Sequence record: NC_048186.1
Strand: one strand, 5' to 3'
Length of the DNA: 64,000 nucleotides
DNA from: Escherichia phage vB_EcoM_KWBSE43-6
Shown: positions 48,938 to 57,397 of the stretch, piece by piece
How the letters are laid out: each line of letters begins with the position of its first letter
Numbering within the stretch: the stretch's first letter is position 1
Notes under the pieces: generated by a model
What the model was told of the DNA's origin: nothing
What the model saw: only the letters and a program-made list of their open reading frames with translations
The model's database searches: none
Position numbers and translations under genes: made by a program

Positions 48938-49345
48938 TCAGTTGTCCAGATGGTCGTAGATCACGCGACGGAAATCATTACCCTTGGCACACCCCTTGGC
49001 AACAAGACGAGTGCCGCCAGTACCAATGACGCTAATCGTTGAAAACCGCAGGACGCGCCCGGTGATGGACTGGTCGACCTTTACGGTTTCAACTTTACCC
49101 AAACGGAGTTCATCTGCATCACGACGGATAAACCCTGTTTTGAAGATAACGCGCTTGTTGGTGACGGCAAATTCAGTCGTCAGGTTCCGAATTACCGTAG
49201 GGATCAGGAAAAACAGGCTGATACCACAAGTCGGGACGAGGAATACAGCCACCCAGAAATAGACCCAAAATCCACTCCACCAGGTCGGGCGGGTAAAGCC
49301 AATCACGTGTTCGTTCTGGCCGAGCATACGATCTACATAACGCAT
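48938..49345 (-). CDS. Membrane protein with bacterial PH-like (bPH_2/YdbT-like) domain
   Basis: Two TM helices followed by FAVTNKRVIFKTG beta-rich domain. Confidence 0.45.
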   Translation of the reverse strand: MRYVDRMLGQNEHVIGFTRPTWWSGFWVYFWVAVFLVPTCGISLFFLIPTVIRNLTTEFAVTNKRVIFKTGFIRRDADELRLGKVETVKVDQSITGRVLRFSTISVIGTGGTRLVAKGCAKGNDFRRVIYDHLDN

Positions 49346-49355
49346 TTTGTTTTCC

Positions 49356-49868
49356 TTATTTGTCTGGGTTTACGCAAAGGGGAGTTGTAGTCAGCTCGCC
49401 TTTATCATCAAAACTGTATTTCAGAACCGCATATTGGTCAACCATGCGATAGACTTCAATACCGGCATTCATCATTTCCACGATGCCCGTCGTGATCCTG
49501 TACGGTTCACAGTAGATCACTTTATCGATCTTGCCGCTGGCAATAATACGTTTGGTGCACTCAGGGCAAGGACTGTGAGTGACGAACATAACCAGACCAC
49601 ACCAATCTGCCGCATGTTGAGGTAAACGGTTCAGAGCATTTTCTTCGGCGTGAATAACACCGTCAGATACCAGCTGGCCGTCTACTTCTATTTCGCACAC
49701 ATTAGGAGCGCCGGGCGCAGTGCCATTCCAGCCAATAGCCAACGGCTGATCAACCCGAGGATCTACGATAACACAACCAACCTGGAGACGGCGGGCATAA
49801 CTGGTTTTGCCATATGCCTGGGCTGCTCTCATATGGGCAAACATCATGCGTGGCTTAATCATGGACAT
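49356..49868 (-). CDS. cd: dCMP deaminase (cytidine/deoxycytidylate deaminase family)
   Basis: Zinc-binding motifs HAEENAL and PCPEC at correct spacing; 170 aa. Confidence 0.8.
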   Translation of the reverse strand: MSMIKPRMMFAHMRAAQAYGKTSYARRLQVGCVIVDPRVDQPLAIGWNGTAPGAPNVCEIEVDGQLVSDGVIHAEENALNRLPQHAADWCGLVMFVTHSPCPECTKRIIASGKIDKVIYCEPYRITTGIVEMMNAGIEVYRMVDQYAVLKYSFDDKGELTTTPLCVNPDK

Positions 49869-50199
49869 TGACCTCTTTTGAGAACATGAAGATCAGGTCT
49901 TCACCGTCAAACTTGCATGAAACTGCCAGGGATGCGACCCAGCTATGGATGATATTGCTGATGACGGTTCGCATTTCGTCTTTCAGTGTATCATTGACTT
50001 CGCGGCCTGCGAATTTCTCAAGCGCGGTGGTTATGACATTATCGGCATGAGGATAATGATTGACATAACGCATCAGATATTTCTCACGCAGAACGATTTT
50101 GTCCGTAAGGTCAGACAACTCCGCAGCTTCTTCTGAATAAAGGCGTTCTTTGGCCTTCAATTCTAACACACGTTCATACAACTCTTTTAGCGGCATCAT
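49855..50199 (-). CDS. Hypothetical protein
   Basis: 114 aa ORF with AGGAG RBS. Confidence 0.4.
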   Translation of the reverse strand: MMPLKELYERVLELKAKERLYSEEAAELSDLTDKIVLREKYLMRYVNHYPHADNVITTALEKFAGREVNDTLKDEMRTVISNIIHSWVASLAVSCKFDGEDLIFMFSKEVNVHD

Positions 50200-50220
50200 A
50201 ATGGCATCTCCTAATAAATT

Positions 50221-50242
50221 AAGGAGAGTATATACTCTCCTT
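50221..50242. repeat. Perfect 22-nt palindrome AAGGAGAGTATATACTCTCCTT (hairpin or operator)
   Basis: Exact inverted repeat in intergenic gap between two - strand genes. Confidence 0.45.
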
Positions 50243-50261
50243 TTTCAATACGCTTTCAAAT

Positions 50262-50648
50262 TTAGTTCAGGCAGATTTCTCGCCCCAGCGCAGTCAGGCG
50301 ATAGAACTGGATCACTTCCCCACGAGCATAGCGATAATTGCCGTCAGGGGCGTCATGACCGCCATCATGGGTTACAGTAAACCAAGGCTCAATCAACCCT
50401 TTCTTGAGTAGAGACTCCCCGGTTTGGGTATCCCAAGGATCACCCAGGACGTTGGTCAGATGCCGGCTCGGGGTAAAATTCCAAACGCGGACACCTTTAG
50501 AATTTTTCCAGGATTTGGCATAACGTTTGGAATTGATAATAAGCCGGTTGCTGTCTTCAGATTTCAACATACCGAACATATAATTCAATTGATGGCCCGT
50601 ATAGCGAGGCCACTTTTGAGTTTTCACAACAGTATCTTTCGTTTTCAT
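50262..50648 (-). CDS. Hypothetical protein
   Basis: 128 aa ORF. Confidence 0.4.
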   Translation of the reverse strand: MKTKDTVVKTQKWPRYTGHQLNYMFGMLKSEDSNRLIINSKRYAKSWKNSKGVRVWNFTPSRHLTNVLGDPWDTQTGESLLKKGLIEPWFTVTHDGGHDAPDGNYRYARGEVIQFYRLTALGREICLN

Positions 50649-51016
50649 AATATTCCCGCTCTTTCAAGGATAATTTCAACTTCACCCCAATCCACAAAGG
50701 GGCGCTTAGACATTGGGTCATAACTCAGAGGACAACCAAGAGCAGCGTCGTCAATATACAATTGCGCATATGCTTTTGGTGAATCTGTCCATTCATGCTG
50801 TGTGGGATTCTTGTTGATACCATACAGCGGGATATCAAATGACTGGAACCAATCAACCGCTTCTTCAAGTTGTTTCCCGCTGCGCATGGTGAACAGAATC
50901 AGAAGATGATTTTTATCCACCAACTTCTTTAGAATCTCTACAGCACCGATATGGCGTCCGATGAGAGGGTATTCATGGGTAACGCACGTCCCATCAAAAT
51001 CGATACCGATTATCAT
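50645..51016 (-). CDS. HAD-superfamily phosphatase (small)
   Basis: N-terminal GIDFDGT (DxDGT motif I); 123 aa. Confidence 0.55.
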   Translation of the reverse strand: MIIGIDFDGTCVTHEYPLIGRHIGAVEILKKLVDKNHLLILFTMRSGKQLEEAVDWFQSFDIPLYGINKNPTQHEWTDSPKAYAQLYIDDAALGCPLSYDPMSKRPFVDWGEVEIILERAGIL

Positions 51017-51585
51017 AATGATTCCCCATTGTGAAGCTGTAACAGTTCTTTAAACGTAGCCGGGCGGCGTAAATGATCCCAGCTTGAGTTCAGGTAATCC
51101 GGGTTCCCTACTTTGCGGGAATGCCAATGCCCGTGAACATTATATTCCCAACGATCCAGGAGTACGGGCACATGAGTGACAATCACTTTGGAAACGCTGC
51201 CGTCACTCCGAGCCATCTTGTATTCAAACAAAGAACCGAATTTGCTGATCCATTCACTTAGGAATAACTGCATCAGCATTGAAAAACTGTCGTGGTTCCC
51301 CTGAGTTACTTTGATGTTGAAGTTGGGCCGCCAATCATCAGGAACCTTACCATGCATCTTTGGTAGGTTACGCGCCGCGCCTTCTCGCATCAGTTCGATG
51401 AACGCATCTGGGCCACCGAAGCATGTGTCGCCCGTAATGATCAAGGAATCATCCCGGCCACACGTTTGGAATATGCTGTCGATAACTGCGATGTCGTGTT
51501 CATCAACTGTTTCAAACCCACGTGATTTGGGGATCTTTTTATGTTTCAGGTGGGGATCACCCAAAAAGAAAACTTTACCCGCCAT
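51013..51585 (-). CDS. Calcineurin-like metallophosphoesterase (lambda-PPase/ApaH-like)
   Basis: Motifs GDPH, GDT, GNHD, GHWH in canonical order; start at ATG 51585 with GAGGA RBS. Confidence 0.6.
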   Translation of the reverse strand: MAGKVFFLGDPHLKHKKIPKSRGFETVDEHDIAVIDSIFQTCGRDDSLIITGDTCFGGPDAFIELMREGAARNLPKMHGKVPDDWRPNFNIKVTQGNHDSFSMLMQLFLSEWISKFGSLFEYKMARSDGSVSKVIVTHVPVLLDRWEYNVHGHWHSRKVGNPDYLNSSWDHLRRPATFKELLQLHNGESL

Positions 51586-52036
51586 ATTCTTTTCCTCTGA
51601 GATCATTATAGAAATTGATTAACATATTGTCAGTCCATCCTGACCAGTCGAATACATCAAAATCAGCCACACCTTGGTACATATTGACGATAGCAGGCGA
51701 AAATATGACATCAACCTGATTTTTATCGTTGTCATTCACCTGAACTTTGATCCAGAACAAAGATCGGTCTTCCAGAATATGTGCCAATTTAGGATAACGA
51801 GAGGATATTTCCAATGCCCACACATCTAATATAGAACGAAAATCATCTTCCATTTTATAAATGAATGCCGTGGAAATCGGATGGCCAAGATATGGACTCC
51901 AGGATTTATATTGTGTTACTTCCTGGATGCTGGACACCAATGGTATCACCAATCCCCGCTGATATTGTGCTGACAAAGAAGGGATAGAATTAAGATATGA
52001 CAATATCTCTTCACGCTGAATCTGTGTTAATTTCAT
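51575..52036 (-). CDS. Hypothetical protein
   Basis: 153 aa ORF, overlapping stop/start with the QueC-like gene. Confidence 0.4.
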   Translation of the reverse strand: MKLTQIQREEILSYLNSIPSLSAQYQRGLVIPLVSSIQEVTQYKSWSPYLGHPISTAFIYKMEDDFRSILDVWALEISSRYPKLAHILEDRSLFWIKVQVNDNDKNQVDVIFSPAIVNMYQGVADFDVFDWSGWTDNMLINFYNDLRGKEYGG

Positions 52037-52698
52037 TTTAGTCCCACCTCATAACGATGACGAGTACAGGCCATACAATCGCAGTTCTTTTTCAGAACCG
52101 GATATTCACACCAGGTCATCATCCCGTAAAGAGGACGAAGGGCTTCATAAAACCAGGCTTTCTTCAACCCGATCATGGGGAACAACAATTCAGCCGGGCG
52201 ATTTTGTGGATCAGCCAACATAGCATACCCTTCCATGATCTTATTGAAGGAACGGATATACTGCAGGGCATCATCACCGTTCACATATGCCATGACATAC
52301 GTCTCAGGATAGATAGATGCAAGCTGAGTGCCAAGCAACCATATTGGGGCTTGGGCCAATGCTGAACGGAAAGGGCCAGCTGCTTCTACCTTTAATATAG
52401 GGATTTCATCATTGTCCCAATGTTGTGTTAATTCTGGACGATATTTTTCTGCCCATTGTCTGATCTTTTTCCTAGACCACATTTCACGCCGGGACTTGAA
52501 CGAGTTGTTCTCCAGGTCGCAGTAGATCGTCCGGACATAATATCCGTGAGAAAGCAACCAGAACAGCATGTATGTACTGTCAACACCGCCAGACCAGAAC
52601 AAAGTCACACTCTTATCATTGAAATGCATGGGTAACTTTTGTCCTTCCAACACGTCGCGTACAAATTCTCTGTCATTGAATTCTACATTGATTTCCAT
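52033..52698 (-). CDS. PP-loop ATP pyrophosphatase, QueC-like (7-cyano-7-deazaguanine synthase family)
   Basis: SGGVDST PP-loop at residues 36-42; C-terminal TWCEY-x8-CDCMAC-x2-R resembling the QueC zinc-binding Cys cluster; 221 aa. Confidence 0.55.
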   Translation of the reverse strand: MEINVEFNDREFVRDVLEGQKLPMHFNDKSVTLFWSGGVDSTYMLFWLLSHGYYVRTIYCDLENNSFKSRREMWSRKKIRQWAEKYRPELTQHWDNDEIPILKVEAAGPFRSALAQAPIWLLGTQLASIYPETYVMAYVNGDDALQYIRSFNKIMEGYAMLADPQNRPAELLFPMIGLKKAWFYEALRPLYGMMTWCEYPVLKKNCDCMACTRHRYEVGLK

Positions 52699-52700
52699 GA

Positions 52701-52943
52701 TTACGCCTTAATCATTCCGAGAGCCTGGGCAATATACCGTTCCGCCCCCTTTAAAGAATCCTTAATGATCTTATAGAATTCTTCCCTGGTCACAATATGA
52801 CTATCAGCCATATACGTGTTGGTCGTAATGCCGTGAGAATCACGGGCATAATGATGGTATAATTCTACACCACCAACATTGAATGTGACAGTTCTGGTAC
52901 GGGATATGCTCATGATTTGTCTCGGGTTAGATAGATATATCAC
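52701..52943 (-). CDS. Hypothetical small protein
   Basis: 80 aa ORF; stop overlaps QueC-like start (TAATCATG). Confidence 0.3.
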   Translation of the reverse strand: MIYLSNPRQIMSISRTRTVTFNVGGVELYHHYARDSHGITTNTYMADSHIVTREEFYKIIKDSLKGAERYIAQALGMIKA

Positions 52944-52954
52944 AATAATACGTT

Positions 52955-52988
52955 ATTTCTTATATAGAAAAGCCCCTTACGGGGCTTC
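52955..52988 (-). terminator. Hairpin terminator (AAAGCCCC TTAC GGGGCTT) on - strand
   Basis: GC stem; T-rich on - strand 3' side. Confidence 0.45.
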
Positions 52989-53327
52989 ATCTTTATCAGA
53001 TTTATAAACTTCCCATCGGCCTATTCCACGCCATTCACCAAGATCGTTCCAGGTGCGAGTCCCTACCCAGCCACCAACTTCATAATAATGACATATACAT
53101 GCCCAGAAGTCTTTGAAAGTTACTTTCCGAGTTGGTTTCACACATGCGATTTGCCAGCGGGTTAAGCTGATTGCCTGGAACAATGGATGGATATAATTGC
53201 TATAGATCAAATATATCGCGATGAGCACAATGCATCCCACAAATATCATACCGATAGCAGTGAAAATAAACATTATTCCACCTTTAATCCCATCAGATCT
53301 TCCATGGTTTTCTGGATGCGGAGCCAA
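52977..53327 (-). CDS. Small membrane protein
   Basis: One long hydrophobic helix GIMFIFTAIGMIFVGCIVLIAIYLIY. Confidence 0.4.
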   Translation of the reverse strand: MAPHPENHGRSDGIKGGIMFIFTAIGMIFVGCIVLIAIYLIYSNYIHPLFQAISLTRWQIACVKPTRKVTFKDFWACICHYYEVGGWVGTRTWNDLGEWRGIGRWEVYKSDKDEAP

Positions 53328-53902
53328 TCCAGCGCAGCATCATAACGAGGATCATGGTATACCATGCCTTCCAGTTCCCATGCCTTGATGCCGGCATAGC
53401 GATCCATCTGGCCAACGCCTTTCAGCCAGCTGACGATATCAAATGTGTGGTGATAATCCCACGGCTCATTGGAGTATTGCCCGCATGTCACTTCAATGAT
53501 ATGCTGGGCTTTACGCAGATCGAATAGATTTCGATCACACCAGTCAACCGACCTGGGATCAACCCCCAGGCGATGACACCCTTTGCGAATTTCGTCGGCC
53601 AGCTGATAGATGGAGATATCATCTTCCTTTGGATACAGGCTGACTTCACGGGCGGCATCACATGGATTATATTTCCCGTTCCCCAGCCACCAGTCTACAG
53701 TCACTTTCTCTTTGACACGACCGAGGTCGATTTGCTCTTTGACATTCAATTTAATGAATGTAGTACGTTCTTCGACTAGTTGCTGGAGAGTATAACGTTT
53801 GGTCAAATCAGCTACTGTCTGCGCCCAGGATAACATAACAGCGTCATCCCAGCGGCCCAGGGTTTCACTATCGGCGACCGCCAAAATATTTGATTTATAC
53901 AT
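53273..53902 (-). CDS. DnaQ-like 3'-5' exonuclease (T4 DexA-like)
   Basis: Exo I-like ILAVADSETLG and Exo III-like YHDPRYDA motifs; about 209 aa; start ATG 53902 with GGAGGG RBS. Confidence 0.55.
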   Translation of the reverse strand: MYKSNILAVADSETLGRWDDAVMLSWAQTVADLTKRYTLQQLVEERTTFIKLNVKEQIDLGRVKEKVTVDWWLGNGKYNPCDAAREVSLYPKEDDISIYQLADEIRKGCHRLGVDPRSVDWCDRNLFDLRKAQHIIEVTCGQYSNEPWDYHHTFDIVSWLKGVGQMDRYAGIKAWELEGMVYHDPRYDAALDWLRIQKTMEDLMGLKVE

Positions 53903-54500
53903 TGTTACCCTCCACCCGGATAATTTCTTCTTCAGAATCGACGACGTTGATGTCATCATCCAGCGCGTTCAGATTTTCCATGTCTTCCGCAAACTTGTCT
54001 ACTTCCATGATGTAGAACACGGGGACAACCCGGCGGCGAGTGTCTTCGTACAGGGTTTCAGCCAGCGCTTCTACCTGGCGGACAACGTCATAAAGATTAA
54101 GACCGCCGATACCGCAGCCGATAGCTGGCAGGCCGATATAGACCGTTTCAGAATCCTTCGCTTCCATAATCTCGTGAAGTTGTTCAAACATCACTTGTAC
54201 AGAACTGATAACGGAAGGCATACGAGCATTTGGGCCTGTATAGAATTGAGTATACAGATTGAAGCCCCAAACACCCGTGTCACGGTCAAAGGCATAAGAC
54301 ATGCCACCGAGACGCTGCTCCGGCCCGCGCTCATCGTTCTGGTCTGCGCGCCAGACGTCAGGAAACCCCAGCCGAACGAAATTGGCGATACCCGCGCCCA
54401 TCACCGACCAGCAATTGGCGCCATGGGCGAATCCGTTAATAAGATTGAAACTTTTCGCGGCTTCCAACAAATTCCCACCACGAATGATATACGTTGTCAT
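53895..54500 (-). CDS. Macro domain protein (ADP-ribose binding/hydrolase family)
   Basis: NGFAHGANCWSVMGAGIA and GLPAIGCGIGGL blocks match macro-domain signature loops; 201 aa. Confidence 0.6.
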   Translation of the reverse strand: MTTYIIRGGNLLEAAKSFNLINGFAHGANCWSVMGAGIANFVRLGFPDVWRADQNDERGPEQRLGGMSYAFDRDTGVWGFNLYTQFYTGPNARMPSVISSVQVMFEQLHEIMEAKDSETVYIGLPAIGCGIGGLNLYDVVRQVEALAETLYEDTRRRVVPVFYIMEVDKFAEDMENLNALDDDINVVDSEEEIIRVEGNNV

Positions 54501-54730
54501 ACAATTCTTCTCCAGGTAATGTTGATGTCATCAATAAATTCAAGGCAAAAAACGCCGCCATCTCCTTCACTATTGTTGATGGACATGATAGATGTTCTCT
54601 CGTCGGCGGCGATAATATTAACCCCAAACCCTTTGGACATCAAACGGAAAGCGATTTCTTTTACAATCCGATTGAGATACGCAGGGGTGGTTGCCGGGTC
54701 AAAATATATTTCGAACTCAGGCATCACCAA
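54497..54730 (-). CDS. Hypothetical small protein
   Basis: 77 aa ORF coupled to macro gene. Confidence 0.35.
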   Translation of the reverse strand: MVMPEFEIYFDPATTPAYLNRIVKEIAFRLMSKGFGVNIIAADERTSIMSINNSEGDGGVFCLEFIDDINITWRRIV

Positions 54731-54966
54731 TTCCCCTTCATCACGCTTTCCATTGCGTTTTCAGAAATATATTCGATGAAATCATTGTCGGACGCCATCT
54801 TCAACAACTCGAATAATTCGCTACCGACGGCGCAACCAAACATCCCTTCTAACATTCCCTTCACGTTTTCATCGATTTCTTCTGGGTTTAATTCATATAA
54901 TTTCAAGCGACGTGAAATAGCCCGAAATTGCGCAATATCACCGGGTTCAAATTTGGCCATGGTCAT
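54724..54966 (-). CDS. Hypothetical small protein
   Basis: 80 aa ORF. Confidence 0.35.
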   Translation of the reverse strand: MTMAKFEPGDIAQFRAISRRLKLYELNPEEIDENVKGMLEGMFGCAVGSELFELLKMASDNDFIEYISENAMESVMKGNW

Positions 54967-55009
54967 TTACCAGTTATGGGATTAGGCGGTAATAATACCG
55001 CCTTTTTAT

Positions 55010-55414
55010 TCAATAAAGGTCTTCGGAGAAAAGCTGATTGAAAGGAGTATTCTTCAGACGAACTTGGTTGATTTGCCCGGCTTCTTTAGCGACGATCGCT
55101 GCCTCTTCACGAGTTAAGAAATTGCCTTGGTTGTCGATGAAACCCTGTTCACGGCTATGGGTTGTAGTAATGACCCCAGCTTCTTTTAGAATTCTTAACT
55201 GGGAATTCATGAATCGGCTGTGGTGACGATCAGCAACCACGATCACATCACCATATTTGTTGGCTGCGGCCACGACACGGCGCTGCCATTCCCCTTCCTT
55301 GGGTAGGTCACGAGCGTACAGGGCAACCATTGTACCATCCGGGGTTCCTTTGACCTCAGAGAACAATCGTCCAGTGCCACCAGGGAGTTCACGGAAATAA
55401 CCAAGTAGTTTCAT
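55010..55414 (-). CDS. Hypothetical protein
   Basis: 134 aa ORF. Confidence 0.4.
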   Translation of the reverse strand: MKLLGYFRELPGGTGRLFSEVKGTPDGTMVALYARDLPKEGEWQRRVVAAANKYGDVIVVADRHHSRFMNSQLRILKEAGVITTTHSREQGFIDNQGNFLTREEAAIVAKEAGQINQVRLKNTPFNQLFSEDLY

Positions 55415-55417
55415 AAT

Positions 55418-55732
55418 CTATTCAATCCATATTTCAGGTTCAGGAATATCGACCATATCCACAGTCTGATTTTTCAGATCGTGAAAACAGTCGCCAAGAA
55501 ATTGTATTTTGCCATTTGTCAAGAACAAATGACAGCGTGAGCCGGGGCGATCTTTAAATACCAATAGACTTGGAGTAAAAGTGGGTGCAACAACATCATT
55601 GTTCCACGCCCAGATCGGGCCTTGTTCTGGAGAACCCTTCACGCGATATGGGTGAAGCATATTACAACCAGGACATTGAAAATATAAAGAATCACCCATA
55701 GACAATAATTTTGAACTCAGGAATCTGCTCAT
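55418..55732 (-). CDS. Small Cys/His protein (CPGC ... C-H)
   Basis: 104 aa; FQCPGCNMLH ... SRCHLF ... GDCFH. Confidence 0.4.
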   Translation of the reverse strand: MSRFLSSKLLSMGDSLYFQCPGCNMLHPYRVKGSPEQGPIWAWNNDVVAPTFTPSLLVFKDRPGSRCHLFLTNGKIQFLGDCFHDLKNQTVDMVDIPEPEIWIE

Positions 55733-56022
55733 CAGCTGTCCATCTCCTCATATGGGTTGTAAGGACGCAATTCCCCGATCAGTTTAGGCCACAAGGCGAA
55801 GCCGAACAGATTGAAGGAACGCATAGTGCCTACCATGACAACATCATCGTCTTCGTCAGTGATATCTTTTAAAGAACATATGGGGACATAGGCATCGAAG
55901 TCTTCTCCTTCCCCTTCTTCTACAAGGGCGAATGCGACTTCTTCTGATATGAAGCGAGGGATGCATATGTCAAGCACCCAGGCAAGGAATACAAGAACGG
56001 AAATGCTGCGGAAATAGAACAT
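55732..56022 (-). CDS. Small membrane protein
   Basis: N-terminal TM helix ISVLVFLAWVLDI. Confidence 0.4.
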   Translation of the reverse strand: MFYFRSISVLVFLAWVLDICIPRFISEEVAFALVEEGEGEDFDAYVPICSLKDITDEDDDVVMVGTMRSFNLFGFALWPKLIGELRPYNPYEEMDS

Positions 56023-56064
56023 ATTAAAGCCCTCGCAGGTGGCGGGGGCTTTTGGCCCCCTGTA

Positions 56065-57396
56065 TTATAGATCGAGCAGAGTTTCCAACTCGTCTAGATC
56101 TTCGTTGTAAAGATCTATGTCCTGTTTCTTATTTAACTCGTCCCGTTGAATTTCCAGATTCTTGATCTGATTCAACAGGCGCTCGCGGGCGTCCAATGTA
56201 ATCGAGGATAGAGACATCTTGAACAAATCGTCAAGATCACCATCAAAGTCCGGGTAATCTTGAATAAAGAGAGATTTAAGAACATCAATTTTCTGCCGTA
56301 GATCTATTTTTGTCGCCCATTCAATGAACAAGGCACGATTGTTCATTTTGTGGATACGGGAGTTGAGGTCAGCCAACAGATATTGGCGACGATCTTCATA
56401 CCGTTCCAGCCGATAGTTGAAGAATGCATACAGCATATCTTTCCAACCATTAAAACGTTGGATAATACCGCACTCGTTCCAAGATGTCCAGGTCGGCATT
56501 TCAGCTGAGTACAGCCGGAACATCTGTTCCACCTTGGCATCATCCAGTTTAGACAATTCACCACGTTTGAACACAACAGTGATATCCCAACCATCTTCTG
56601 TGGAATCGTTGGAATACTCTGTGAGAATCCCTGATTTATACAGCGGAAGAATAATCTTGGTTTCATAATCCTTGGCAAACCAGCCCACCGGGACTTCAGT
56701 TATGCGTAGGGTAGTGGCATTGAGACGTTCATACACACCACGACAGTACACTCGACCTTCCTCAGTGTATCCTGTCTCCCCCTTGTAACCATTCCAATAC
56801 GGTTTCAAGTCATTTGGGTCTTCGCCACGGAGAAGCGCTCTCAGGGCATCCAGGACAGACTTTATGCTATGGCATGGGGTTTTGGTAGCATAGCCACTAC
56901 CGATACCGTTCAGACCATTCACGAGGAACATTGGGATAACCGGCAGGAAAAACTTTGGTTCCAGCCTTTCCTCACCAAGATAATTGTATTCCAGAATGCC
57001 TTCATCTTCTTTCCGATAGATTTTACGAATCACGCCGGATACTGCCACAGAAATATATCGCGGTGATGACGCTTCTTTACCCATGATTGAGCCGAACTGA
57101 CCATCACGATCAAAATACGGAATATTGTTCGTCCCTGGGAAAGCCTGTGCCATATTGACGATAGTGTTGCTCATATTCTCACCACCAGATTTGTAATTGG
57201 TACGGGCGGCGGAAAACATACCCAGGCGGTCAACAATCTCTTCCTTACCGTATTCCAGAGCAGAAAACAAAATTTTTCGCTGGCTGGGCTTGAGGCTGTC
57301 AATTAACAGAGGAATTTGACGGACGCTGTTAACAACCGAAAATTCCTTATGATCGGTATTAACAAATGATGTCACAGTAATGCTTTTGGCAACCAT
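56065..57396 (-). CDS. DNA topoisomerase II medium subunit (T4 gp52-like, GyrA-type)
   Basis: LKPSQRKILF block (GyrA-like KPVQRRIL); start at ATG 57396 just after upstream stop with GAGG RBS. Confidence 0.8.
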   Translation of the reverse strand: MVAKSITVTSFVNTDHKEFSVVNSVRQIPLLIDSLKPSQRKILFSALEYGKEEIVDRLGMFSAARTNYKSGGENMSNTIVNMAQAFPGTNNIPYFDRDGQFGSIMGKEASSPRYISVAVSGVIRKIYRKEDEGILEYNYLGEERLEPKFFLPVIPMFLVNGLNGIGSGYATKTPCHSIKSVLDALRALLRGEDPNDLKPYWNGYKGETGYTEEGRVYCRGVYERLNATTLRITEVPVGWFAKDYETKIILPLYKSGILTEYSNDSTEDGWDITVVFKRGELSKLDDAKVEQMFRLYSAEMPTWTSWNECGIIQRFNGWKDMLYAFFNYRLERYEDRRQYLLADLNSRIHKMNNRALFIEWATKIDLRQKIDVLKSLFIQDYPDFDGDLDDLFKMSLSSITLDARERLLNQIKNLEIQRDELNKKQDIDLYNEDLDELETLLDL

Positions 57397-57397
57397 C

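Noticed and set aside
53799-54779. 326-aa + strand ORF overlapping the DexA-like and macro-domain genes
   Set aside because: The opposing - strand frames carry clear exonuclease and macro motifs with RBSs and coupling; the + frame has none
56043-56059. Hairpin GGGGGC TTTT GGCCCCC between - strand genes as a terminator
   Set aside because: On the - strand the stem is not followed by a T-run; function unclear
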